Source: an uncultured archaeon
GTDB lineage: Archaea; Asgardarchaeota; Lokiarchaeia; Sigyniarchaeales; SOKP01
Length of the DNA stretch: 64,000 nt
Direction of reading: 5' to 3'
NCBI GenBank assembly: GCA_964632315.1
Contig: CAZWEM010000004.1
Location: 32,001-96,000 of the forward strand
Numbering within the stretch: position 1 is the first letter of the stretch; every line of letters starts with the position of its first letter. Shown here piece after piece: positions 49,154 through 59,516 of this stretch. The notes beneath the pieces are model-generated. The model was not told where the DNA came from and did no database searches. It was given only the letters and a program-made list of their open reading frames with translations. Made by a program: the position numbers and the translations under genes.

Positions 49154-50374
49154 TCAAACTGCCCTGTATATTGGCCATTTTCTCCACACATATGCAAACA
49201 AGATTTCAATCCATAAGAACCATAGCACGAACGGAGTGGGATTCATTCTCCAGTAATTGGTGGTGTCTCCAAACAAGAGAGGTGAGAACACGTAGTATGC
49301 AAGAAAGCTTAGAGTTCCGATGACGATGACTAAAATAAGTCTAAATAGAAAATTCTTCCATTGTGAATATTTCTTAGGCCAATTATCAAAAAACAGTGAA
49401 ACCAAGACAACAGCACATATGAGGAAAATAGCCAAGGTTATGCTCATCATATACCATCCCTTATATCTTGTCACCGCATCTGGAGGTGTCCCACCGATCG
49501 CTATGAAAAAAGGATCGAAAATATACTGGGCGATTTGTGGACCAATTAGACTGAAAACTAACCCTAATACAGTACAAGATACGAATGCTATCATTCCTAT
49601 AAAGGGTTGCTTTCGCCCTAATTTGCTCCAAGGCCAATATTCAAAAACCATCAAGGTGAGAAGGGAAAAGAAGATCAACCATTGAGTCCATCCTAGCGAA
49701 AAAGCATAACTAGGAAAATGAGTAACCGGTTGAACGGCATCAGCTTCAGTAGAAGCAAACCGATTACCAGCAGGTATGAAAAGTAAAAACCAAACTAAGA
49801 GTGTTATAGCGTTTCCTATTAACCAAATAATTATACCCCGTTTCGGTTGTTTTATTTTGAAGAAAGGCCAATACATCGTCCCTGCAACCCATAAAACAGC
49901 AAACGAAAAGCAGGATCCACTTAATGCTCCAAAAATAGATGCCCCAAGATACCAACTAATATATTCACTAAAGGGCCCTGTGGTTTCAGTTCCGTAAAAT
50001 GAATTAAATAATGGAAGAAAAACCAGTGTAAATAAGAGAATTATCCCTGCATTAATAATTGTTCCCACCACACCAACCTTCCAAGGGGTTCGGAACCAAT
50101 TATAATATGGCCAATTCTCAAACCAGATTGCCCATACTACTCCAATTAATCCAAAACCTCCAATTACAGTTGCCCATGCTGTTACCTCCATCTCTTGACT
50201 GGGTAACGGATTATGCCACCGTGGATCAAAGAAAATTAGCCACGTCACAAAACTAATAGCAAATACGATCAATATTGAATACAATCCAGCTAAAGGCTGC
50301 TTGAATCGAGCCATTACAATTAAAGGAGCTTCCTCAGAACTAGGAATTCCTACTTTTTCTCCAGCTAAAGCCAT
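49154..50374 (-). CDS. 10-TM membrane protein built of five ~80-aa repeats, putative permease
   Basis: Five WP motifs (FENWP, TMYWP, FEYWP, FDNWP, WRKWP), each repeat opening with a KQPxxG-like motif. Confidence 0.7.
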   Translation of the reverse strand: MALAGEKVGIPSSEEAPLIVMARFKQPLAGLYSILIVFAISFVTWLIFFDPRWHNPLPSQEMEVTAWATVIGGFGLIGVVWAIWFENWPYYNWFRTPWKVGVVGTIINAGIILLFTLVFLPLFNSFYGTETTGPFSEYISWYLGASIFGALSGSCFSFAVLWVAGTMYWPFFKIKQPKRGIIIWLIGNAITLLVWFLLFIPAGNRFASTEADAVQPVTHFPSYAFSLGWTQWLIFFSLLTLMVFEYWPWSKLGRKQPFIGMIAFVSCTVLGLVFSLIGPQIAQYIFDPFFIAIGGTPPDAVTRYKGWYMMSITLAIFLICAVVLVSLFFDNWPKKYSQWKNFLFRLILVIVIGTLSFLAYYVFSPLLFGDTTNYWRMNPTPFVLWFLWIEILFAYVWRKWPIYRAV

Positions 50375-50560
50375 TTTTTTTACCTTTGTTCTTTTAATTT
50401 ATGTTTTAATTTGATTCAAATTATTTAATAATTAACATTTACAGTGTTCTAGTTTAAAAACATTTTTAAAGGGGAAAATAGATTGTTTTTTAAATTTTTA
50501 AATATTAGTCTTAACTAATAAGCTATTTAATATTTAATTTATTAAATAAGGGAGAGTAAG

Positions 50561-50905
50561 ATGCCTTCAGAAAAAGAACTTGAGTATTTCATCAAACAAT
50601 CAAAACTTAGTGATCAGGAATTAAAGGAATTTCTCAAAGCAAGTGAAAATATGAATCCAAAATTAGATCACAGTTTAGCCTATCGAATAATGATGAGTGA
50701 GATTCGGAGAGATCTGTTAAAATATATTGGAAATGAAATACGAGACATTGAGGATATGCAAAAGGAATTTCAATTAGATCGAGATCAACTTGAGTATCAT
50801 CTATCCATGTTAAGACAAGGACTATATGTAATCGCATCTAACAGCAAGTGGAAAGCTACTCCAAGAGGACTTGGATTTTTAGCTAATGCTATAATGGGAG
50901 AATAA
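50561..50905 (+). CDS. ArsR-like winged-helix protein
   Basis: IRRDLLKYI...LEYHLSMLRQG...WKATPRG. Confidence 0.7.
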   Translation: MPSEKELEYFIKQSKLSDQELKEFLKASENMNPKLDHSLAYRIMMSEIRRDLLKYIGNEIRDIEDMQKEFQLDRDQLEYHLSMLRQGLYVIASNSKWKATPRGLGFLANAIMGE

Positions 50906-50908
50906 GTA

Positions 50909-51649
50909 GTGGAGGTGAAAAATATTCAAAAAGCAAAAGTAAAAATAATTTATGATGATTTAGATGGAGCGGAAATCGGATTTCTTAAATCTTTTGGTTT
51001 TTCTGCTCTAATTGAAATTGAAGATAAAAAAATTTTATTTGATGCGGGTACTAAGGAAGATGTATTAAAGAACAATCTTTCTGCATCAAAAGTTTCTCCA
51101 AGTCAAATTGATGCCGTTATCCTCAGTCATAACCATTATGATCATGCAAATGGGCTTTCAGCTATTACACGAGAGAATCTGAGTGTTCCCGTCTACGTTC
51201 ATAAATATTGGAATAACCCAGTCCGACATATAGGCGAACCGGTTCCTCCAAAAAATATAAGAATGATTCAAGAAGGGAAAAAACTTGATGAATTAGGTGC
51301 TCCAATTTACGTGACAAATTGTTATCAATCACAAGACTATGGAGGGATTTACGAACAAGCTTGTTATATTGATGCAGGGGATTCTTTTATCTTGGTCTGT
51401 GGTTGTTCACATCCAGGATTGAATGTTTTTTTAGATGATAGAGCAAATTTAGACATATCAATTAAAAAGCCATTGCATATTATGGGAGGATTTCATGGAT
51501 TTAAGTTTGATGACGAAAAAGTTAAGCAGTTAAATCCTTACATTAAATCTATAGTCATTTTTCATTGTACAAGAAACATCAAGACGTTTCAATCACAATT
51601 TCATGATAAATGCACGATAGGCATTGTTGGAAAATCCTATAATTTCTAA
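50909..51649 (+). CDS. Metallo-beta-lactamase-fold hydrolase (COG1237-like)
   Basis: GFSALIE, ILFDAG, SHNHYDHANG, GCSHPG, GGFH, HCT. Confidence 0.88.
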   Translation: MEVKNIQKAKVKIIYDDLDGAEIGFLKSFGFSALIEIEDKKILFDAGTKEDVLKNNLSASKVSPSQIDAVILSHNHYDHANGLSAITRENLSVPVYVHKYWNNPVRHIGEPVPPKNIRMIQEGKKLDELGAPIYVTNCYQSQDYGGIYEQACYIDAGDSFILVCGCSHPGLNVFLDDRANLDISIKKPLHIMGGFHGFKFDDEKVKQLNPYIKSIVIFHCTRNIKTFQSQFHDKCTIGIVGKSYNF

Positions 51650-51657
51650 ATTATCAT

Positions 51658-52542
51658 TTAAATTTGCATTTCTTGGTCGTTAAATTTCCACGACTTCAAA
51701 ATTGATTCTGCTTCACTCATCAAATTTTCGATAAATTCACTTAAAGGTTTAATTTCTTTTTGAAAAGTTATTGCAGGAGATGGAACCCTTGTACCTTTCA
51801 AAGAAAAATGATAAAGAGATTTATGATATTCTTTACTCAATACATTAGTGTGTAGCCATTGTTCTTTCATGATGGGTAGTAAAGGGCTTTCTTTCGTTGT
51901 CAATATGGCAGTCCCTAAACATACGGCATCTGCACCCATTGCTAAAACCCCTAAGAATCCTCTCGCATCTCCAATACCACCCGCAGCGATAAGGGGAATC
52001 TTTAACATTCTTTTTGCTATTGTTAAATTTATTAAGGTTGTATGTTGATAAGGATTCTTAAATCCTGCGGCTTCCATCCCAATGATAGTAATCGCATCTA
52101 CTCCATTTTTTTCAGCAGATAAAGCGTGACGAATCAAGGCACATTTATGAAACCAATGACATCCCGCTTCTTTAACCCTTTTTCCGATGAAATTTGCTTG
52201 AAATGCAGATGTGGTTATTATATTAATTCCTTGATCGATAGCTACTTCTATATATTTTAAATAATCTTCTTGCGAAAGTTTATTATGAACGCTAGAGACT
52301 TCTGGAGGAACTACCGTTATATTAATACCAAATGGTTTATCTGTCAGTTGTTTCATCTTTATTAAAGTTGCCTTGAATCCTTGGAGATCATAATTCATTG
52401 CTGTAATTATTCCTAAACCGCCAGCATTCGAAAATGCAGCAGCTAATTCAATTGAATTCAATCGGGCGAATGCTGCCATTATTAAGGGAAATTTAGTTTT
52501 AGTTAAATTAGTTATCTTAGTATTCCAAATCAAATGAATCAA
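51658..52542 (-). CDS. Nitronate monooxygenase / FabK-like flavin oxidoreductase
   Basis: AAFSNAGGLG, TDKPFGINI, GMEAAG, IAAGGIGDARG, MGADAVCLGT. Confidence 0.85.
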   Translation of the reverse strand: MIHLIWNTKITNLTKTKFPLIMAAFARLNSIELAAAFSNAGGLGIITAMNYDLQGFKATLIKMKQLTDKPFGINITVVPPEVSSVHNKLSQEDYLKYIEVAIDQGINIITTSAFQANFIGKRVKEAGCHWFHKCALIRHALSAEKNGVDAITIIGMEAAGFKNPYQHTTLINLTIAKRMLKIPLIAAGGIGDARGFLGVLAMGADAVCLGTAILTTKESPLLPIMKEQWLHTNVLSKEYHKSLYHFSLKGTRVPSPAITFQKEIKPLSEFIENLMSEAESILKSWKFNDQEMQI

Positions 52543-52565
52543 CTCAATATTATCAATAGCGATAA

Positions 52566-53420
52566 TTATATTCCTAAAAATTTTTGAGCATTTTCACCTA
52601 AAATGGCTTTTTTAAAGCCATCAGATATCTCCAAGCTGTGTATTGCGGGAAGGATATTGTTCCAATGAATTAAAGGATGATCGGATGCAAATAGTACTTT
52701 ATGAGTGATGTTATAACTTACATAAGCGTCCCATGGGAAATAAGAATATAATTCATAATGAGCTGAAATATCAATATATACATTGGGATGCCTTAAAACC
52801 ACGGAATATGCTTCCCAAAACCAAGGAACTGCCATATGACCAATTACGATTTTAAGATCCTCATGGCGCATTGCTACTTCGTCGATTAGAAGTGGATGTC
52901 CATATTTTGCTACTGAACCAGCTGTTGATACTTGGTGTCCCCCATGAGTCCATAAGGGAATGTCTAGATCTATCAGTTTTTTCCATATAGGTTCATACTT
53001 TTTATCTGAAATGTCAATTTTCTGAACTGGAGGGACTAGTTTCAATCCTCTTAGACCTAGTGATGAAATGGCATATTCAAGTTGATCTACTGCCTCATTA
53101 GAGGGCATATCAATTCCCGCAAAACCAATTAATCTATCTGGATACTTTTCTACGAAATTAGCAATATCTTCATTAGTCACTAAAACAATATCATAGGCAG
53201 TTTTAGCATTGAAACTTACTATAACTATCTTGTCAATGTTAAACTTATCCATTAATTCGATATATTGATCAATTGAAACGTTTGCTGTGAGATTTTTTAG
53301 CATTTTATGCATGAATCTTTTTTTGTGGGGATCTAAACTCCACATAGCATCAGCAATTTTTTTTAAATCATCCCATGTTGCTTCCTTACAGAAAGGATGC
53401 ACGTGCATATCAATTATCAT
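52566..53420 (-). CDS. Amidohydrolase_2-family metal-dependent hydrolase
   Basis: IIDMHVH, YPDRLIGF, GLKL, HGG, IGHM, NVYIDIS, LFASDHP, ILGENA. Confidence 0.88.
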   Translation of the reverse strand: MIIDMHVHPFCKEATWDDLKKIADAMWSLDPHKKRFMHKMLKNLTANVSIDQYIELMDKFNIDKIVIVSFNAKTAYDIVLVTNEDIANFVEKYPDRLIGFAGIDMPSNEAVDQLEYAISSLGLRGLKLVPPVQKIDISDKKYEPIWKKLIDLDIPLWTHGGHQVSTAGSVAKYGHPLLIDEVAMRHEDLKIVIGHMAVPWFWEAYSVVLRHPNVYIDISAHYELYSYFPWDAYVSYNITHKVLFASDHPLIHWNNILPAIHSLEISDGFKKAILGENAQKFLGI

Positions 53421-53477
53421 TATAAATGAACCATTTAACTAAATGTCATTGAGAATTAATCAAAAGAAGAGGAGAAG

Positions 53478-54815
53478 TTATAAAAAATTATAGATGGTTT
53501 TTTGATGAGTGATAAAATCAATCATAGTACTATTATGCTTCCAATACTCTAAATCTACCATAAAACCTTCAGAAAGCTGTGAAATTGATGTATTGAAATT
53601 ATCGAATCTTTTAGTTGGACCGAGAGCCATTGCGTTCCGTACTGTTTCCCTGATTACCCACACCCCGAGCGGAACAAGATATCCTCCACGTACTTCGCGA
53701 AATATAAGGACTCTTGCTTGTCTTTTTATGTTATAGAGATATTCGCAAACCTCCTTCCTTGCCGCATAATAAGCTCCAGTGATATTACTGGCATACTTCT
53801 TTCTTCCTTCATATGGTTCAAAATCAGTCATAATTTGGGGTTTAACTTCCCGGTTATCACCATTTAACGAGAGATTCCATAAAGTATTTGGCGCCCAGCA
53901 CTCGGACATCTCAAACATGAATTTCCCGGGGAATAATAAAATACGGAAGTGATTATCAAGATAATCTCCCTCAAACATTCTATAGTCATTAATTTCTGGA
54001 AATTTTTTAATTTCTTTAATTAATGCTTTTGAAATGATATCGTCTACCGCTGTAATAGTCCATCTTGTTGGTACCAGTCTTCGATTATCTTTTTGTCCTA
54101 AAAGTCCTGCAGAAAACACTCTCTTTATTGTTGATTGTGGAACATGTCCCTTGAAATATAGATATTCAGAAACTGCTTGAGCGGCTTTTAAATCAGTATC
54201 TGAAACACAATACTCCACTTTTGGATGGACTTTTACGTTTTCAGTGATTCTTATCTTTTCTGTCATTCCTGTTGGGCCGAGTGGGGGTGCGTGATTATCC
54301 ATCATCATCCTCAAGTTCATTTTAGCTAATTTGGTTTCAGTATCGACTGGTCTTGCGGCCATTGATAGTTCTTGAGAAGTTTCAAGTAACTTTTGAACTT
54401 TAAGAGGGGGAGAATTTTTCTGATTATTTGCTAGTTGAGCTATTTTAACGTTAGTAACAAAATTGTTTCTTACTAAACTACTCCGATATTTTACAATTTC
54501 TTCTAAACCTTTTCCAAACCATAATTCTGGAGCATCAAGTATATAGTAGTCATTAAGATTCAAATCAAGCTTGAACTCTTGAAACGGTACTAAAGGTCCT
54601 AAATATACATTGGGATAATTAAAATGCCCTACAAAAAATCCGGGAGGACTTGCACCAAAGATCTCAACATCACGCTTGGTTTTCTCAAATTCAAATGGTA
54701 CTAATGATTTCATTATCGATTGCTTGAGAAGTATGGGGCAACTTTCCTTACCACACAATAATCTTGATCCCTTGCATCGAAGGCATACATTGCCTCCTAC
54801 ATTAGGTTTAACCAC
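53478..54815 (-). CDS. nreA: Archaeal Nre DNA repair protein
   Basis: CLRCKG..LCG..C, SPPGFFVG..YPNV..GPL, RRLVPTRWTITAVDD, GAYYAAR, PLGVWVIRE; C-terminal PIP box QKTIYNF. Confidence 0.92.
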   Translation of the reverse strand: MVKPNVGGNVCLRCKGSRLLCGKESCPILLKQSIMKSLVPFEFEKTKRDVEIFGASPPGFFVGHFNYPNVYLGPLVPFQEFKLDLNLNDYYILDAPELWFGKGLEEIVKYRSSLVRNNFVTNVKIAQLANNQKNSPPLKVQKLLETSQELSMAARPVDTETKLAKMNLRMMMDNHAPPLGPTGMTEKIRITENVKVHPKVEYCVSDTDLKAAQAVSEYLYFKGHVPQSTIKRVFSAGLLGQKDNRRLVPTRWTITAVDDIISKALIKEIKKFPEINDYRMFEGDYLDNHFRILLFPGKFMFEMSECWAPNTLWNLSLNGDNREVKPQIMTDFEPYEGRKKYASNITGAYYAARKEVCEYLYNIKRQARVLIFREVRGGYLVPLGVWVIRETVRNAMALGPTKRFDNFNTSISQLSEGFMVDLEYWKHNSTMIDFITHQKTIYNFL

Positions 54816-54943
54816 TTATCCTTCGCAACGCTTATGTAGTAATCTTTATTGAATTAAAGTTGTACAATTATATAAAATTAAGAAGAGTATAAATTTTTAA
54901 TATTTATAGTAAATTAATCGACAATTATTTAAATACAAATAAC

Positions 54944-55387
54944 TTATTCGAGTATGAGTTCTGTTGTAACTTTTGATTTTACTGAATTCGCGATGATACA
55001 ATTTTCTATGGATTTTTCTACAACCCTTTTTGCTTTCTTCTCAAATTTTGAGTCTGTTAATTGAAGATAGAATTTTTCACGAATTTCCGTGATCACAGTT
55101 CGATCCACGCCTTCTATTTCAACTGAATCTGCGATGGCTGTCGATTCTATACGATATTTCTCGATTTTCAAATTAGAATTTTGTGCAATATGAAGAAAGG
55201 TGGTAGACAAGCAAATACTTGCTGCTGCCACAAAAAGGTGCTCAGGAGACCAATAACCCGCGAATCCTCCTCGATTCTCTGGAGTGGTTGCAATGATTTC
55301 AGGAAATCCCCCTGAGGTGAGTCTTACCATTCGCTTATAGGGGACTTCTTGTTTTTCCCATTGGACTTGGATATTGTATTCCCACAT
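54944..55387 (-). CDS. OsmC-family protein
   Basis: WSPEHLFVAAASICL, CIIANSV. Confidence 0.85.
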   Translation of the reverse strand: MWEYNIQVQWEKQEVPYKRMVRLTSGGFPEIIATTPENRGGFAGYWSPEHLFVAAASICLSTTFLHIAQNSNLKIEKYRIESTAIADSVEIEGVDRTVITEIREKFYLQLTDSKFEKKAKRVVEKSIENCIIANSVKSKVTTELILE

Positions 55388-55601
55388 AGACAGACAGTGA
55401 GTTTTTTTTTCTAATTATATATTATACATAAAAAATGATCTTTTTCACAAAAATTCGAACTTTTCTTTAAAAACATATATCACTTAAGCTGACAATGAAT
55501 AATCTCACTTAAAAAGTTAACAATTATAGATTAAAGAAAGATGAGAATTATAAGCATTTAGAAACATTTGAAAAGACCCCTATTATAAATCATTTTCATT
55601 A

Positions 55602-55627
55602 ATAATGCATCTTAAGCTTTGCATTAT
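55602..55627. promoter_or_regulatory. Perfect 8-bp inverted repeat (ATAATGCA-N10-TGCATTAT), candidate operator
   Basis: Lies in the divergent intergenic region, about 72 nt upstream of the SIR2-TPR start; no function shown. Confidence 0.35.
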
Positions 55628-55699
55628 GACCATTTAAGTCTTTCATTTTGAAATATTTAGATCAATAATTTTATTACTATCTAACATTGATCTTTAATA

Positions 55700-58045
55700 A
55701 TGAAAAAAGTGGATTTAGACCTTACCGCTATCTTAAATAATGACCCCTTAACTTTTTTAGTAGGGGCTGGATGTTCAGTAGACACTCCTTCTTGTCTTCC
55801 TGCTGGTAGAACCATGATGGATGCGATAATTGAACACGTATCGAATAGAGACGATGGTAATCAGCTTAAAAAGTTGGAGGAACTAAGATTCGAATCTTTA
55901 GTAGAAATCGTCCGAGATAACTTAGATCCCGAATTGATAACTATTGATTATTATCTTCAGTGTGATAAACCTAATCTTCAGCATTTTTTTCTCGCACAGA
56001 TGATTAAAGCGGGAAATTTCGTTATGACAACCAATTTTGACTTGTTAATAGAGCATGCACTGCTGAATTTAGGAACACCTATTGAAAAAATAAAACTCGC
56101 AATTTCTAAAGCTGATTTTGAAAATTATAAAGATCCAAAAAGTTTACACGATGATGGTTTTCACGTTCTTTATAAAATTCACGGATCTGGTAAAAATTTG
56201 ATCACGAATGAATCCACAAAAGAAAGCTTGATTGCTACCATTCAAGCATTTGGCTCGAATAAAGAAGGAATGAGCGTATTTCAAGTCGAACCTTTTAAGC
56301 GAGCATTATTTGAAAACATTTCTAAAGGTCGCACGTTGGTTATAATGGGTTATTCTGGCAGTGATGATTTTGATGTCGTCCCGACACTTAAAGTTTTACC
56401 TGAATTGAAATCTGTAATCTGGGCTGATCATAGCTCTTCACAAGAACCAAGAGTATTTGAAATAGAGAGTTCTGATAAGCAGAGTAAAAAGAAAGTAGAT
56501 CAAATATTGACTGAAATTAAAGAGGTAGGAAATGTATCGGAAGTATATAAAGTTGAGATCAACACGACGCAATTTGTTAAGATGTCTTTATCTAACGATT
56601 TTCCAATTTCAAGCTCTGATTTTGAACTAACTCCTCAACAATGGTTAAATGAAAAGGTAGAAGTAGATGACGAAAGCATAAGGTTCTTGATACCACAGCA
56701 ATTATATTATGATTATAATCATTATGAAGATTCTTTAAGATGTGCAACTCAACTTAGAGACTTTGCTCTTAAAAGTAAAAGGCGTTTACTTGAAGTTCGA
56801 GCAAGGCTCTTGGAGGGAAAAGTACTAGTTTCCTTAGGAGAACATAAAAAAGCGCTTAGTATATTTTTAGATACTCTCAAAATGGCAAAATCACTAAATA
56901 GTGATGAATGGTTGGCAGCATCTTTCAATAGTATTGCTACGGTGTATAATGAACAAGCAAATTATACTGAAGCTCTATCTTATTACCAAAAAGCATTACC
57001 TATTTTTCAATCACTTGGAGATTCACATGAAGTATCAATAGTGTTAAGGAACATGAGTTCAATGCTTAAAAATTTAAATAGGAACTCTGAAGCATTGCAA
57101 TACTCACTTAAAGCCCTTGAAATTTCTGAAAGCGTGGGAAAATTATCGGACAGAGGGGACATCTTGATGATTATAGGAATGGTTGAAGTTAGTATGGGGA
57201 AAATTGAAAATGCAATAAGACACTATGAAGAATCCTTGATGATTAATAAGCAACTTCACGATTATGATGCAGTTATTAGTAATTTAATTGTTTTAGGAGA
57301 TCTTATGATTAAATTAGGAAACTTTAATAAAGCTTTGAGTTATTTAAATGAAGCTCTTAATTTATCTGAAAAGTTTGGGGAGTTGTCCAAGAAAGCTGCA
57401 GCTTTAAATAACCTGGGGTTGTTGTATACTAATCTTTCTAATTTTACAGAAGCAACTGAAAATTTGATCAATGCTCGAGATTTGGCTAAAAAAATTGGTG
57501 ATTCTCTCGTAGAGGCAAATAGTTCAGTAAATTTAGGTCTTGTATACTATTATCAAGGGAAACAAGATGATGCTCTAAAAATATGGGAAAGATCTCTCAA
57601 AATATACGAAAAAACTGGATATCTATATGGAAAAGCAAGTACTTTAATTAATATGGGAGATGTGTATTATCAAAAAGGCAAATATAAAAAAAGTTTTCAA
57701 TTACTTATCGAATCTTTAGAAATTGGGAAGAGTTCTGGCGATTTGTCGTTACAATCAAATTCTCTCCAGAAATTAGGGATGGTATTACAAGACCAGAAAG
57801 ACTTTAAAGGTGCGACTCAACTTTACAATCAGGGATTACAATTAAGTAGACAAATCGGTGATCTAGTTGGAACTGCTAGTTTCATTAATAATTTAGGCAC
57901 TGTTGACTTTTATAGTAAAAATTATGAATCTGCCTTGCAGAAATATAATGAGGCCCTAACGATCCTAAACCAAATAGGGCTTAGACATATTCCGCTTGCC
58001 CAGACAATCTTAAATAATATTGAACACATTAAACTAGTGAAATAG
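55700..58045 (+). CDS. SIR2-like (SIR2_2) domain fused to about 11 TPR repeats
   Basis: FLVGAGCS, LP, MTTNFDLLIE, YKIHGS, MGYSGSDDFD; then ~40-aa TPR units (A..LNNLG..Y...A). Confidence 0.88.
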   Translation: MKKVDLDLTAILNNDPLTFLVGAGCSVDTPSCLPAGRTMMDAIIEHVSNRDDGNQLKKLEELRFESLVEIVRDNLDPELITIDYYLQCDKPNLQHFFLAQMIKAGNFVMTTNFDLLIEHALLNLGTPIEKIKLAISKADFENYKDPKSLHDDGFHVLYKIHGSGKNLITNESTKESLIATIQAFGSNKEGMSVFQVEPFKRALFENISKGRTLVIMGYSGSDDFDVVPTLKVLPELKSVIWADHSSSQEPRVFEIESSDKQSKKKVDQILTEIKEVGNVSEVYKVEINTTQFVKMSLSNDFPISSSDFELTPQQWLNEKVEVDDESIRFLIPQQLYYDYNHYEDSLRCATQLRDFALKSKRRLLEVRARLLEGKVLVSLGEHKKALSIFLDTLKMAKSLNSDEWLAASFNSIATVYNEQANYTEALSYYQKALPIFQSLGDSHEVSIVLRNMSSMLKNLNRNSEALQYSLKALEISESVGKLSDRGDILMIIGMVEVSMGKIENAIRHYEESLMINKQLHDYDAVISNLIVLGDLMIKLGNFNKALSYLNEALNLSEKFGELSKKAAALNNLGLLYTNLSNFTEATENLINARDLAKKIGDSLVEANSSVNLGLVYYYQGKQDDALKIWERSLKIYEKTGYLYGKASTLINMGDVYYQKGKYKKSFQLLIESLEIGKSSGDLSLQSNSLQKLGMVLQDQKDFKGATQLYNQGLQLSRQIGDLVGTASFINNLGTVDFYSKNYESALQKYNEALTILNQIGLRHIPLAQTILNNIEHIKLVK

Positions 58046-58102
58046 TGTTTTATCATCTAATAAAAATCATAATTTAATTCGTTAAAAAAGTTGAACTAGT
58101 TT

Positions 58103-58957
58103 ATGGATTCGAGAGAAATATATAAAAAGTTAGAAATTGATTTTGGATTGGCATTTTGTTATGATGATTGGTCAGAGATGGATTTCAATGAGTTTATTAG
58201 CGATAATTTTAAAAAACGCTATATGGGGGTTCTCCTTGACAATTCCAATGAAATTACGAAAGTTTTTACAGCTGTTTTCCCATCTGATTTGATTCTCAAT
58301 AAAATACTGGAATTGAATTCCCGAAATAGCCTGTTGTTTACACATCATCCTATGGTATGGGATCTTACAAAAGAAAGAGTATTTCAAGATATCAATGCAA
58401 AATTATTACCAAAACTAAAGGCAAAGGAGATCTCGATTTATACACTTCATGTTCCCTTAGATAAGAATGGCGATTATTCAACAACAGTAAATTTAGCAAA
58501 AAAACTGGAAATTGACATAGAAGGAGAATTTTACAATTATCGTGGAGTTAAAGTAGGAATATACGGGCAAACTGGTGCTACAACACCTGAAGATTTGAAT
58601 TTGAAATTAACTAATGTTGTGGGGCATAAGACAAAGTTATGGAAGTATGGATCAGATCTAATAGAAAATCAAAGAGTTGCCCTTATAGCAGGAGGAGGAA
58701 ATGAAATTGAAATCATTCAAGAAATAATGGAACTTGGAATCAATACACATGTAACTGGCGTGGTTGCCATCAATAATTATAGTAAGAATACTCATAAATT
58801 TGAAAAAGAAAACAGGATTAACTTGATCGGGGGAACACATTATTCCACAGAGAAGTTCGCTTGCATTGCTTTATGTGAATATTTCGAAAATCTAGGTTTA
58901 AATTGTGAATTTATTGAAGACCACCCTTGTATGGCAGATTTAGAAGTTTTAATATAA
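58103..58957 (+). CDS. NIF3-like dinuclear metal centre protein
   Basis: FTHHP, HVPLD, IAGGG, GTHYSTEK. Confidence 0.85.
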   Translation: MDSREIYKKLEIDFGLAFCYDDWSEMDFNEFISDNFKKRYMGVLLDNSNEITKVFTAVFPSDLILNKILELNSRNSLLFTHHPMVWDLTKERVFQDINAKLLPKLKAKEISIYTLHVPLDKNGDYSTTVNLAKKLEIDIEGEFYNYRGVKVGIYGQTGATTPEDLNLKLTNVVGHKTKLWKYGSDLIENQRVALIAGGGNEIEIIQEIMELGINTHVTGVVAINNYSKNTHKFEKENRINLIGGTHYSTEKFACIALCEYFENLGLNCEFIEDHPCMADLEVLI

Positions 58958-58964
58958 ATTTTCT

Positions 58965-59396
58965 TTAATACCTTAATACTCCAGTTTGGGCAATCATTTT
59001 CCATTCATTATTAATCTTGGTATAAATTTTGCACGTTCTTCCCTTCCAATGATTTTTATTTCCTTGTTTATCGTTCCATAGAGTGTCAATATCCACTACA
59101 GCAAATGCTCCATCCATTTCTTTAGAAATCGCTATCTTCTGAATTACTCTATGATTTTGTATCAACTCATGTGTATCAAAAAGATCCAACCAGCCTTTTC
59201 TCCAGCGATCATAATTATATCTCCCCCAATCTATTACCCAGTCCATTGGATCATGCGATTGGGGTGATTTAGGCCAAGGCCAAACCATATCATGGTGGAA
59301 CACCGTCATTAAAAGGTCAACATCCTTATTATCCCAAGCTTTGGTTTCTCTATCAATTATTTCCTTTATTTCAGTAATAACTTTTTCTTTTGACAT
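58965..59396 (-). CDS. NTF2/SnoaL-like protein
   Basis: AWDNKDVDLLMTVFHHD...GRTCKIYTKINNEWKM. Confidence 0.75.
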   Translation of the reverse strand: MSKEKVITEIKEIIDRETKAWDNKDVDLLMTVFHHDMVWPWPKSPQSHDPMDWVIDWGRYNYDRWRKGWLDLFDTHELIQNHRVIQKIAISKEMDGAFAVVDIDTLWNDKQGNKNHWKGRTCKIYTKINNEWKMIAQTGVLRY

Positions 59397-59516
59397 GAAT
59401 TGTGCTCTGATAATTATTTTAAGAAGACTAATAACAGCAAAATCGCATTTTGTATATATGTCCCATATTTGTAAAAAATATAAATATTTTTTAATAAAAT
59501 CTTAGACCATATATTC

